Part shown: piece by piece, positions 25,323-38,705 of the stretch
Layout of the letters: each line of letters opens with the position of its first letter
How positions within the stretch are numbered: position 1 is the first letter of the stretch
NCBI GenBank assembly: GCA_973895155.1
Contig: OZ316893.1
Coordinates: 13,284,359 to 13,348,358 of the forward strand
DNA length: 64,000 nt
Source of the DNA: Marsupella aquatica
Taxonomy: Eukaryota > Plantae > Marchantiophyta
Reading direction: 5' to 3'
The notes under the pieces: model-generated
The model's input: the letters and a program-made list of their open reading frames with translations, nothing else
Told to the model about the DNA's origin: nothing
Databases searched by the model: none
Program-made: the position numbers and the translations under genes

Positions 25323-28300
25323 TCAAGCCAAGATGGGCTGCTGCTGTATTTGAGCGTGAGGTGGTAGGGCACGAGGATTCAAATTCTGCAATTGATGTTT
25401 CACATCGAATAACTCCACCTGAGTATTCAAAAGCCAATTTCCTTCAGCAGAGACCAACTGACAAGCAAGTGAGCATTCACTCTGTTTGTAGTAGGAATAC
25501 GGTGGATGTGAGTCGTTTCGCTCGTCGCTTCCAAAGGTCAAAAGCAAGGAATTACTTGGAACGAGGGCGGACCTGCAACTGGAATGCCCGCGTTCCTTCT
25601 GCAATAAGAACTCCTCTTGTTGCTTGCAGCTCCTGCGCTAAGCGAGAGACAAATGTACTCAAACACAAGAGCTCTCTCATTCTCAAAAATTCAAACGCCG
25701 AGCGAGCAATCAATTGAAAAGTCGGGGCTGCTTCCCTCTGGCAAACAAAGAGTATCAAGTGTTGATTAAACGCTTAACACGAAATTTCACCTGAGAATAG
25801 AAAGTCTCACCTTCTGAGATTCACCTAAGACTGCGTTCTTCAGGGCAAGATCTTGTTCGAGCTTCAACTTTTCCACTCTCGCATGGTGGATCAAATTGTT
25901 AGATTCCTCCCGAGCCAGTTCGGTAACAGAAAGCCTATCTTGCAGCTCTTTTATCTGTTTCAATGCCGATGATAACCTTCCTTCAGCATGTTGACGGCTT
26001 TCGTTTACCGTGTGCAATATCCTTTCTGCTTCATCCCTGTTCCGGAGTGCTTCGGCGAATTGCCCTGCAAGGAGTTCTCCCGTCCGAATGGCAGCAACTA
26101 ACTTTCGCTCATGGGTTTCTCTTAACTTGGAGATGGCCATACTGCGTTCTAATGCACTGTCAGCTTTTTCGAGCTCACCCAACACTTCTAGCTCATCTTC
26201 TTCCACGTCAGGGACTGTGCTGCTAGACACTGGAATAGCTTCGTCGTCACCGTCGATTGAGTTTCTCTCAGTAGACAATCTGTTCAGCTCAGCTTCGGCA
26301 TAGTCAGGTGCTGTCCCAATCGAAGACCTGTGATGCTCATCTTCGTCGTAGTATGAAACATTCCTGCTCGAACTCCCTGCCGATAAAGATCCTGTTAAAG
26401 CCGCTGAAATGTTCACATTGGACTCCAAACTGCGGGTAGAATCATTCATTGATGGTTCACTATTGTTGTGCTCCTCACCATTCCCTGAGACAAAAGTTTC
26501 CGCATAGCCTGAAAACTCTGAGCTCTGTGAACCGCCTTTGTACGATCTTGCTCTGCTGGAGAGATTGGAAGCAGTCCGGGAAAGCAATGTGCCTGCATCA
26601 CCAACAGAAGATACCAGTCCAGGATGCACTGATGGAGCTGTAATTTGCAATTCCTCTGCACATAGTATGCCAGAACCTACTGGTGATGGAGCTGTGATTT
26701 CTGTGCTTTGCCACTCCCCTCTGATTCTTTGTGCACTTTGATGCTGTCTCACACTTGCCTACCCCAGACACAGGATTCGCACCAACCATAAGTTAGTAGC
26801 ACTACGACTCACACTCACGCTGTGCAGCTAATGCATTTGAGACCTACCTCCAAACATCCCTGGAGGGTTTCGGCGAAGAAATTGAACCACTGAGACTAAG
26901 GTAGCAGAAAACCTTCGAAGCAAAAGGTGCCATGAACATCTCAAAAAAGGTATAAACATGTTATCAATACCTCGGCAACAACCACAGCAGACGTAGGATC
27001 TTTCAACTTGGGTAACGGGAGATCTCGTCTCCTCGATGATGTAATAGAGTCCCAGTTGGATTCCATCGATAGCCGCCTCCGGCCCATGGAGTCTGCCCTT
27101 GACATTTGAGTGGTTGGCTGTGCCGGTCGCGCTAAGGGTTCAGGTTTGTGAGAACTCTGCATCGCCGCATACCTCATCCTCAAGGGAACCAGTCCAGAAT
27201 CCCGCTCAAGATCGACGGAGAGATCTGATACTGATCTGGAGGATGATCGTTGACTTGATGCGTGATCTACCAACGGACCCATGCCGGTCCTTTCAACACT
27301 AACACACGCACACGGAATACTGGCACCCAGAAAAGATGGGAGTGGCCCTGGTTGAGAACGGAGAACGCGATCGGTCGATACTTGCAAGTCGGGAGTTGGG
27401 GGAAGCTCAAGGAGTCCAGCTAGCGTGATACGCTGAGGTCCTTCTGGAGGAACGTGGAGAACCTGGACCTGCAAGAGACGCCAAGGTTGCATCTCAATTT
27501 TTGATAGCGGAGGGAAATCCATACATCCGAACGTTATCAAAAGTAACTTGAGGAATTTCGAAGCTAGTTACAGAAAAGGTTCACTCCGCAGAAAACTTTC
27601 AACAACACGGATTGCAAAAGCAACGTCCACTCACTGCATTGGTGGCTCGGTCCCCACATCCTCCGAACGCAACGAGGAACTTTCTATCCTTCCTCTCAAC
27701 CAAGCTGAGACTCAAGCCCTGAACAACAATATCCCGGGTCAATCGATTACCTTAACAGATAGCACCTACATTCTCTCAGGTATTCCCAGCGAGAAGTAAA
27801 CGCTATATACATGCATGCGCCCCCAACAATGTCCACGAATGTACAATTAAACATGAAATCAGCATCTCGGGTGGAAAATGTAGTAAACCTGGAAAGCAGC
27901 CACCGAATCTTGAAATGCAGGAGCGACGACGGACCATTCCATCTTCAAAAAGTCCAGCACTATCGTGTCGAGCATACCTGGGAGGAGAAGCAAACAGCAT
28001 ATTTAGCAAAACTGGCGAAGACTTCCATCTTCCAAGGACTGCTGCACCAATGGGTACGAAAAAGATTGAGCACTCTGAAATGGCTACTGACCAGGCACAC
28101 GAGACTCCCCACCGGCTATGTACCACTTGTTCCCAATAAGAGCACCAGCATGCCCAGCCCTGGGATCTAGAGGTAAGCCCTTCAGTTTTAGTCTCGACCA
28201 CTCCATCTGCAAGACATGCCGATCACATCAATTTCTCAGAATCCGCCTTCAGAACATGCTAGTCTAATACGGCAGTAGAATCCCTCCTTTCTCAGACCGA

Positions 28301-30427
28301 ACAATGAAGCAGTGATTGTAGCACATTGCTTCACAGTTGGGAAGAACGAAGTGCAATAGGGTCTTGGTGCACCCTCACAATGCCGGAGGACACAGTTCAA
28401 GAAGAGTGAGATTTCGCTGCGCATGACACTGTCCTGGTACACTACTTGAAGCTTGAGTTGCATGTGCTGCAAAACGCTGTCAAGTGACCGTAACAGCACT
28501 GGAAAATAATAGAGAAACGATGCGAACAGAGCAGCGGACAGTACATTGTCAAAGTCCAGAGCATAGACGTCATTCGATATTTTGGATCTCGTTTCTCCGC
28601 CAAAGAGCACCAAGAGTCGGTCATCGTACATCTCAGCAACATGCCTTGCCCGTGGGGACGGTCCCTTCCCTCTGCAACATCCGAAACAGAAATTCAGGAT
28701 AGTAAGAGAGGATAAAATAATTCCCGGTAAGTAGCCAACTGAATGCGGTGCCTGATCGAGCGTGGTTACTGTACTTACGATGGGTGTAGAGGCAGCCACA
28801 TCAAAGATTTCAAATCGAGGATGTGCAAATCGTTAAGTTTCCGTCCCTTGGAATCCTCCCCGCCAACCATCACCAGAATAGATCCCGCCCTGGTCACGCT
28901 TTGGCCTCGCCGTGCCGACTGAAGCAGGATGAAACACACGAATGAGATCGATGACGTTCTGGTGTAAACATTTTATTGGCGGCCAATGGCTTCAATTTGG
29001 GCAATTTTTCATGCTCATCAAACCTAGCACGGGTCGAGAAACGAACACTTCTCCCGGAAACCTTCTGATGTTGGTAGGTTGGTTTCAGAATGAGCGTTTC
29101 ATTCCATCAATCGATTACTTGTACGAGAATGCTCATGGACGAAACCTGAGAAGACAGACGCATGAAGAAAAGTACAGAAACGTACCGGGACTTCGCCTTT
29201 GGTTACCACTGTTGTCCAAGAGTCCATCTCCAGATCAAAAGACCAAACTGCGCAAAGAGATTGAAGTTCAGGCCAACATTAAGGATCATGAATAACTCAA
29301 CCGCTGTCGACAAATTGCAGGTGTTGACTGAGGGATGACTGTGGCAAAACCTTAGGCCATTTGATACTCCAATTTCAATGACGTTGAGAAAAGTGTCGAC
29401 GAACCTGACACATTTTCCTCCGGAGGGTCCATTTGGCCGCCAACAAGGATGACGGTTTTTCCCCATGTTATCTGAGCAAGAACGAAGTTTTAGATCAGTA
29501 GATGTTTGACATACGTCGATGGTCACACAATGTAAAGGCTGAGACTGAGGTAAAAAACTCTGATGCTCCACATGTACACAGAAATCTGAGGGCCTCAAAA
29601 TCTGCCAGTTAAACTAGTACTCATGAATGATCAATCTCAGAAGACGGCTGATCACATTATTAGTTGGAAGGAGGGGACTTACCAGACTATGGCCTCTGCA
29701 ATTAGGCAGCTGTTGCGCAGGGCCTTTCTTAATTGGCAGGCCCTTCGATGGTGCTGAGTCGCCAACCCCAATTTTGGTCCATGAAAGCTTTCCCAAGTGA
29801 AGCATCTGGATAATTACATGTGCCAATATGTGAGGCAAACTTCCTGCTCGATTAGCGCACATATTGCAGATAGAATCCTAAGCGTGCCCCATATCCAATG
29901 GCCATCAATCTCTCGTGGCAAAGGTGCATTTATTTTGCGGAAAATTCCTACTACCTGACGAGACATAGAACTATAGCACACAGAGGTACAACATTGGAAG
30001 TCGGCTTCCATCGGAATGAGCCCCAGAAATTCCTTGTACCTGGACATCGTTTCGGGTTGCAGATCCGGTTTCGCCGCCGATGACGAGCATCTTTCGTCCC
30101 ACCACTGCTGCAGCATGCTGCGAGAATCGACATACAATGGCAGCTCATACATTCAATTCAACAGAGGACAAACGATACTGCAATGCACGGGAAAACATTT
30201 CATGCTGGTTCTGTTCAACGCTTCCACACCGTGATGACGGGACTCACATTGTAGCGAGATGCTGGTTTCGTGCCTCGAGTTTGAACAAGCGTCCACTTCT
30301 CATGATTGCTAATGTCGCTGAGTTTCTTCCGGAAGTTTGAATGGGGTTCAGCATCTTCGGGTGAATTCTCAATTGATTCTACTTCAGGTGACGGTGTACT
30401 GTTACTCGTTGTTGAACTGTCTTCGCG
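25323..30427 (-). CDS. Kelch-repeat beta-propeller protein with C-terminal coiled coil (related to the ACBP4/5 Kelch group; no ACB domain seen); 5' exon(s) unresolved
   Basis: Exons in transcription order: 30427-30248, 30117-30040, 29805-29683, 29471-29405, 29247-29186, 28918-28779, 28671-28545, 28206-28092, 27977-27889, 27718-27635, 27468-26971, 26889-26848, 26758-25811, 25632-25573, 25418-25323; phases consistent. Kelch blades PASRYNHAAAVVGRKMLVIGG, CRGHSL, SARRGQSVTRAGSILVMVGGED, PSPRARHVA, PRAGHAGALIGNKWYIAGG; terminal ELQATRGVLIAEGTRAFQLQVELF motif. The start codon lies upstream of 30427 (candidate exon near 31220-31313, not confirmed). Confidence 0.88.
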
Positions 30428-33400
30428 CTGAATCAGAAGTGCCACATGACCACATCACAAAGTAGTGAGGAAAGAGCTCAATCACGAGAGCTGACATTGC
30501 CGTGCACATGAGAGTAGAAAATACCTGACAGAAAATGGACCAATGTACGGTGCTACTAGACCAAACACTGTGGCAGCAAGTTACATTCAGGTGTTGGTCT
30601 AACCCATGACAGACAGAACCTCGTCAGTGCCTCACTGTTCCATTTGAAGGGGCCTCAAAATTTGAAACCACAGAGCTCGTTTACGACCAGATCCTCTCAA
30701 ATGCTCGACCACCGTACTGTGTTAGAAGCCGCATCGATCTAAGAGAAGAGTAGCACTAATGTCATGAAATGACGTGCAAATCTACGGCTCAGATAGCATG
30801 AATGATTGAATTTGGCAAGGAGACTCTTGACGCTAGGCCGGTCACAGAAAGTGCGACATCATGCAGCGACATCCTCGACATTTCCGTCAGAACGCTCTGA
30901 CGGTCCTCAGCTACCGGTGTATGGTTCCGTAGAAAAGACGCAATTTCTTCGACAATGAATCCAGTCAGGATCGACTGCATTATTACTAATCAATCGGCGA
31001 AGCTCCAAAAGATCGGAGTCTATTGGAGTCAAACGCCGAAATTTACGTATACCAAGGACGCACAAGACACATCGGAACTAACGAAGACCAACCGACTCGA
31101 ATTCGCAAAGAACATTGGAATAGAGCAAGAGATGCTCCTCAACTGAGATGACCGATTTGGGTTCTACATATGGTGACCTTGGACGGGGAAGAATTAGTGG
31201 TGCGTCTCATGAGAGAGTACCTTGCCCGTGGAAGTACGAGGCTTCACAAGAAGCTTCAGGTGCGACAGACCATCTCGTTTCAAGCCTCGTATTTTCTCAA
31301 AAGACAGCTGCATGGAATCCAATTTTAAACTCGAACGGGGGACCACTTTCACAGAATCAGCAGACGCACACTTGTTCTCTTTCCACGGTTGAAATTTCTT
31401 CGTTGCACCTTTCGACATCTCGGGCGACTGCAGCTACCTCACATTACCAGCTCATCCAACCCAGCATCCAATGTTGCATCAATCCACACCTTCCGACGGG
31501 GACCACAGCTCGACGTTCCAGAGACCCACTCTTCAGTCTCGATTATGCTACACCAATGAATCCATGCGCCCCGAATGAATAAGGAGACCCAGACGCCACA
31601 CCCACTGCAACCGAAACTCCTACATAAAGTCCAGCGCAACCACCATGTATGAAAACCGTAACTCGCAACCAACTCCAAAAATTCTCCACCCAACGAATCG
31701 TTCCATCACCACTCCACTCCACTTCTGTACAGTATTCCAGACCTCCCGACCGCGTCAATCAACCAAATCAGTGTCAATCCCACATTTGTCTCAATCCTTC
31801 AAATCATAATAATGATACTTCCCCAGAATTGGCAGTGATTGCCTGTCCCCTCCACCGAATGCCTGCTTCATCAGATCTATTGTGAACCAAAGACATCCAT
31901 CTCACCAAAGACGTCGTCGTTGCCCTGGTGACCCACCAGCTCCTGCTCACCCTCCAAGTCGCACACTCCCACCAAGTCACAGAAGTGGTGAGCTATCAGT
32001 CTACATGCAGCAAAATCATCAGGCACTCTCAGGACGGTATTTGCCCGCCCAGAGCAGCCCAGCTATGGTCCCACATATCGATGGCAAACCCACAGAAAGG
32101 AAACATCCTGGAATTTGGCCCCAGTGAGCACCCCCCTCCCCCCGGACATGACAAATGAACATCACACGACTTGAGTCCCTGTTAGGCAGCACCACCTGAC
32201 ACGACCCACCACCCCCTTTTTTTTTTCCTATTTCAATTCTGCTTTCAATCATCCAACAAACGCCAGAATCTGTCTTCGGTTCTGTTGTTCTGCTGTTCCT
32301 TCACCAGACACTGAATTTTTACTCGTACGTACGTCCCCGGATTTCGTATTTAAGTCTATCGCTAGAGGTCTGTGCCATGTGCTACCTGTGTGAATTGCGT
32401 GATCCACTCACCTTTATCTTTGCATTTCATTTGGGGCACAATCCCCACTTGACAATGTGAAGACGAAAACATCACTGTTTATTAAGCATCTCCACCCCAT
32501 TTCCGGAACAGGAGATCATCAATCAATCAGTTATATTATAGCGACTATTTATATATTTATTACATTATATTATATATAATCATATATATGAAAACTACAG
32601 TGGCTATTTATTTTGCTTTATGGTGCCAGTCTATGATTTTAAAGCAAGTACAAAATAACTTTTGTGGTCCTCAGCAAGTTTTACTGGGGCAAATCGCAAA
32701 GGTTGCCCAAGAGTTTATTGCACTTTGGAAGCAAAAGAAGACGCTACAGTGTATGTTGACTGTAAAACGTGGAAAACAGATTCTATTGTATGTATATTAT
32801 CTTATCTCTATTTGGCTATAGAAACCCACTTTTATGGGTTAGGTCTAGAGTGAAGCCTCTAGAGAATAATTCATGACTTAACTTTTGGGATGCACGGAAA
32901 GGAAACAAATAATAGATGAGGTGAATCATAAGGAATCTTCTACCTGCAAGTATTTGTTGTACTCGTCTAAGTTCGATAGAATGAGAAGTCAGACTAGTAA
33001 TTAGTCATGGAAGTCTATTTGCTAATTTTAAAAGACTTTGCCAAAAACTTTTCCACACTCTTTGCATCTGCAGAATTGGTTGTAGCCCACGACTTTCCCT
33101 AAGGAAATTTGTTGTGCTAGGGGGGAAGTTTGGAGGAATTATTTGTTATCCTAAAACAAATTACCACCATCATAAACTAGAGATTTCAGCTGCCAATCAC
33201 TGAAGACTTGCAACTCTTCATCCATGGCAAACCATTAGCCAACATTGCCTTCAACTTGGGGCAGAGCAAGCAGTTGTGGCATCCACAAAGATAGCCTAAC
33301 GGTCCCCATTATATCCCAAAGTCTGTGCATAGCTTCTCAACAACTCTAAACAACAAATTAATACAGTTAGGTTATGGGCTCACTGAGTAAGGCTTAGTCG

Positions 33401-33996
33401 GTACCGTTGTGATTCAATGAAAGATACCCTTCTGTCAGTACTGAAGCATGGGCCATTGGGCCTAACCACAAGAGGTACAATGGTTGACCTTCAATTACCA
33501 GCTGCTTATTTCCAATACTGTAGTTCAGGCGTTTCCACAACTTGTCGCTTACTACAAAATGCAGTTACTCTCACTCCTTGTTCAGACCTACAGCACTTCC
33601 CAACAGTGGTTACTGTTGTGACCCACAAGACATGGTTTTATCTCAAAATGTATCTTGTTGAACTCTTTATTTGGCTTCTTATTTTCCATTTAGTGCTGAC
33701 TACAGTATATGTCTGCATTTCCAGCCTACACCATTCCCCAAACAGAGCATCATGGATTCATGGTGCTGTATTCAAATAGTGGGCCATGGGTACTTCCATT
33801 TCATTAATGAGTTGGGGCATTCTTTTCAGTTTTTGACTATCTGTTCAGTTTTTGACTATCTGCTTCCATTTTTGTACTTCAATGGCGGTGTGTTCAAAAG
33901 ATGTCCGTTATGTTTGAATATTCCCTTTGTGTTCACACCCAGGTGTTGTCATATGATTCATGAGTTTTGTACCTTTTGTGCTCAACTTAAAACAGT

Positions 33997-34081
33997 TTAG
34001 TGTCAAAACTAGACACAGCATCCAACTTGAACACAATAGGTTAGTGTCAAAACTAGACAGAGCCTCCAACTTGAACACAAT
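33997..34081. repeat. 44-bp tandem duplication
   Basis: TTAGTGTCAAAACTAGACASAGCMTCCAACTTGAACACAAT at 33997 and 34041. Confidence 0.85.
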
Positions 34082-35005
34082 GCCTGGGCTTTGCATTAAA
34101 GATATTGTGTTTGACTTCAGATGTCTTCTTCGTTGCCTGAGCCAAAAATTCCAATTTCAAGGCCAGTCTGTAGGCTTGTCACTATTGCTCCTTGTGGACT
34201 TCTATAGCTAATGTTTCTGTTCAAATTCAAGAATTTGGTAGATTTTTTGGAAAAATGATTAGGATGCTCTGACTGTGCCATTGTTGTGGGCTTCTGCCTT
34301 TGTGGTCCTTTATGGGCTTACTTTCTCTATGGCTCCTACTAAACTAAGATGTATTTACAGCGGAGTTGGGGGCCCTTGAGACTTTTCCAAGCAAGTAAAG
34401 GGAAGGGCCATTTTCTTATTCTGTAGGCCCTAGACCAAAACTCTTTTGACAGGAAACAGCAAATATTCAGAAATTTGTGGGTCACCTGAGGTGGTATAAG
34501 ATTCTCAGCAAAAAAAAACTTCATCTCATCATTTCCTTGGGTCATCCACTACTTACAATGTAAGGTTGCCATATACGATATCTAACTGGTCCTCCCATAT
34601 CTTATAAAGAAGTTTTCACCCATAACATAGTCCACACTAATCTCAGAAATAGGCTTGTAAAGCCACCCTTAGTCATCTCATGAATTCTCATGGTGAAAAC
34701 ACACAAAGATGCTGTTGCATAATCCTATAACCCTCCTGTAGTTTCTTAATTATATTTATGTGGATGGTTATCAGTTCACCTGGCCTTGGGGTTATGAGAT
34801 TTTGGCCCCTTTGGAGGGTATCCAAATTCAAGTGCTCCTTTCAGGCCAAAATAGAGCAAAATTTCATTAGGGTTATGTTGTAATAACCATTTTGGATTCG
34901 CCACCCATGAAAATTTTGTCCCTCCCATAATTGATAATTCCCTTCGGACCATGGTTACCCTAGACATTACCATTGGGAATGGTCAGCATACAATGAGGTT
35001 TCCTA

Positions 35006-36050
35006 CTTAATCAACCCCCTATGTTCAGATCTGCCCCAATGGACGTCCCAAAGTCTTTTTTGTTACCCAATCTACCCCCTATAACAATTTCTGACAGATA
35101 GTTCTTGTGAGGAGCACTATAGGGAGACTTTAACACGGTGAACTCTAATTTTTATCATATGAGCCCATGGTCTCCCCTGTGGTACACCACAATTGTGTTG
35201 AGATAAGAGTCAGCCTGCAATCCACATGTGATAAGATCAAATGACACCGGACACAATTGTGGGTACTTTTGTGTTTGAAGACAAAACTAGTATAGTCTTC
35301 AATCGTTTAGGGGTTAGTCTCCAGTTGTATGAAGTTTAGAGATAATAAAATCTCCATGATAATCATATATAGTTGCGTTGTAGAGAATCTTTATTGGTGC
35401 GTTCCACTAGAGACAAATCTATTTTTGGATCTCCGTCACAGACAAATGCTTTGCTAGATTTCTTTGACACCAATTTGGTAAATTGACATGCTCTATCTTG
35501 CAGTAGTAATTTGTCACATTAAAGAATGTCCATTTCAAAGAGATCCCCTCTATGCCAAAGATGCACAATGACATCAAAATCTCCAACATTTGATATCCCT
35601 AAGTGTTCCTCACCCCATTACAATGTCATCGAGATTGCATGCAAACTCTAACTAACAGATACTGAGCCTCCCAATAACCTCCAGTCGATAGATTCCCCCA
35701 TACCTCATGACCGACGGAAGTCATTGTGACAGAAAGTGAAACAATGAACATTTAGATCAAGTTCTGTGAGTACAATTCAATAATGAAAATTTGAAGACGT
35801 TACACATTGTTCACATCAGTTTTGAAAATCTCAGTAGTCGCCATGGTTTAGGGTTTACAGCCCTAAACCAAACATTTTATGGTTTGGTCAAGTCGTTTGC
35901 ACTCACAGAGGTTCAAGTAGATCGTATGTCATGAACGAAAAACTATGAAAGGGGATTGATTTGGTAAGAAACAAACTTTGGGAGTAGATCGGGGCAGATC
36001 TGAACATAGAGGTCTATTGACTAGAAAACAGTCGAGAGGGGGTTAATTAA
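35006..36050. mobile_element. Old non-autonomous TIR DNA element (~1 kb), superfamily unclear
   Basis: Left arm CTTAATCAACCCCCT/ATGTTCAGATCTGCCCC..TCCCAAAGT..TTACC.AATC..CCCCT (35006-35080) is the reverse complement of 35950-36050, apart from a ~28-bp deletion in the left arm. No clean TSD recognised. Confidence 0.55.
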
Positions 36051-38608
36051 GCGTATACCTGGCATACAATTGAACACGAATTGTTTGGATCTTAGTGAAG
36101 AAATTCTGTTATGCTTGGACACTATCATTCATTAGGAGCCGTACTGGTGCCATCGGTTTGCATTTATGATGGACAAAGATCATAAATGATCTTTGCTCCG
36201 AACTAAAGTTCAGTATTGGATACGGTATATGTGTACAGTCCTGTATGTACTTTCAAGAATGCTTAAATAAAATACTTTTTCACACTTTAAAAAATCTACA
36301 GTTTATGCTGTGCATCGGACCATCCATCTTGAAGAATCGACGCTGAAATGGACTTCAAGGCCAGCCTCATAATTGTCATCGAATAAGGCACTGCCATGGC
36401 TCGACGTTCGATCCCATAGATCGACGGATACATTGATTTCCGTGACCTGACAACAATCTGCATAATTATACATTTATACGGGAATTTTTCTTTCCTCGAA
36501 AACTTCTTTTTGGGACATAAATTCGCGTCAGGATATCTACAGTCATTTATAAGATTAGATAAGTACCTTCAATCTTGATGGAATGAACGGCCACCGCTGA
36601 CTCCAACTGTAAAGTGAGCGAATCACTTTGGAAGGGGTCTAGTTTATAGTTTACACTGACTGTAACATTATTCAATGATTTCTCAATATTCCTCGTGCGA
36701 GACGCCTCAATGCCTCATCATTTTTGCGACGCGAATATCTATTTGCCGAGCCTCAGCTTCGGTTTGCGATTACAGCGAAATCAGTTGGTGCATTGGTGCA
36801 GAAGGGTTCGGAGGTTTGCTTTACAGCTCATATGTAATGGTGGCTTTACAAGAAGTCAGCAGCATTTCTGACTGTTTTTCTTTGAAACTTGAAACATTAC
36901 AGTGTCATGAGATGGAAGTGGAGAATGTTACGCAGGGAAGGCAAAGTTCTGCTTTAAGAACGAGAATGGAGAGAATTCAGGAGAAATCCAATGAAATTGT
37001 TTTATTACTAATCAAATGCATGTTTACATTTCAACTTTGGAAACTAATTTAAAACAAAGTGTGCCAGTGACTTTAAATATATCTTTTGTTTTCATCCCAG
37101 TGTGTAGCAATCAATTCCAGTAACTATCTACGCTTACGATTGGGAGGAAAATGCTCAAATCATCTACAGTAGTACCCTATTTTGTGTTCTGTTGAATTTC
37201 CATTTAACTTGCACACAACACAACACGACATATATTTATAGTATAGTTAAGCAAAGCCTCTGCCACGGGGTTTTCGTGGCGCTAACTTATTAATGGAAAA
37301 GAAAACAATTTCAAGGAGTACAGTTAAGCAAGTCAAAAAGCTAAAATAGACCACGTCTTGTGCTTCACACCAGGTGACGGTCGCCACCCTGGCGAGGAAG
37401 AAAAACCTTAAAAACTAAGTTGTCTCTAACCCCAAAGAGGCAAAGAGTCCCTTACGGCCTTACAAGTGCAAAGTAACTTTGAAACCTCTAGGTCAAACTT
37501 GGACTGTAATCACAACTTCGTTTGCTACACTAAAGTGGCCTTGGGACATGCCTCATTGGGTCCCCTATACGGTCCCAAAGGACCGACCACAGTCCCGTAC
37601 TGGACTGTGCCTGTAGCACGGTCCACTAACACAGTCCCATACTGTACTCTCTATTGTTACGGTACCGGTCCCACCGGTGAAGTACAGTCAGTTCTCCACT
37701 CAGCGTCCCCTTATTATCCAGCACGGGTACCTTTACTTGCCGGTACCGGTACTAGCCCGTGAGACAGGGTTGGGCGAAGGTAACCGTCCACCGCGTACCT
37801 TCAGGGGGTTACAAACACCGATGTATCGACGATTGTCGCATTGAGGGCCCTCTGATTAATCACTAATGTATTGAGTCCCTTGACTTGACGAGGAGCCTGC
37901 GGCTGTCTGTTAGGGGCGGTACTGGTACTCAGAGGTTCAAGGTGAATGTTTCCTTCATAGATTGCATCAATTATGAAGCTAATATGTACTTTTTAATTAA
38001 ATCACAACTTGCAGTACAAGAGACTCCGGATTACCTGGAGTACTCATGCAAAAGTTTATGGTATGGCGAATTATGATCTATATTAATGGACTTTTCATAA
38101 CCTACTCTTGTAAAACTGAAGCCATAAACTTTAATTTTATTTCAGACTTTGCTTATGAGTAAATATAAACCCCAGGAATTTAGTTATCGAGAACCCTGGC
38201 TAGTCTATGATTCCAGTGTGTGCTTTGCATTTAGGCATTTAAACTGCCGCTGGCCTTCAAGTTTGGGGAGGACAAAAGAACAGTTTAGAACATTTGGACT
38301 TATTTTTGTGACTGGATCCTCCAAGTCTTGCACAGGGTCAGTGGGGCTTTAAGATTGATTGACAACCATTGCAGGAGAAAAATTGCCCCTGAGAAGATTC
38401 ATGGTGGGATTTGTCTTAGGGCCACTGCCCCAAAACAATAAGGGGAGCTGGGGAATCAGCCAAATAATAAGCACCGGTCCTCCCCATTTGTAAACTATTT
38501 TTCGGTTGTCTCCAATTTTATTTTTCGAACCCACATATTTTACAACTGCCCTTCCTGTACATCAGCACGAGTATTTAGGCAAATATTTCAGGACTTAGAA
38601 TCCATGTT

Positions 38609-38705
38609 CACGAAGAGAAGATAAAATCCATCGATAGAATGTTATAGGGTCTCATTTGGAATGTTATAGGGTCTCCTTTGGAATGTTATAGGGTCTCCTT
38701 TGGAA
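38609..38705. repeat. 22-bp tandem repeat x3, with a dispersed single-unit copy at 39165-39217
   Basis: GAATGTTATAGGGTCTCMTTTG; the GTTATAGGG core is at 38641, 38663 and 38685. The same flank GAGAAGATAAAATCCATYGATA plus one unit recurs at about 39170. Confidence 0.85.

Noticed and set aside
30500-31420. Candidate first exons of the Kelch gene
   Set aside because: Several donor/acceptor options exist, but none could be confirmed in phase by eye, so they were left out of the gene model.
36300-36850. Exon-like GC-richer patches on the minus strand
   Set aside because: Could not be joined into a stop-free model or assigned to a family.
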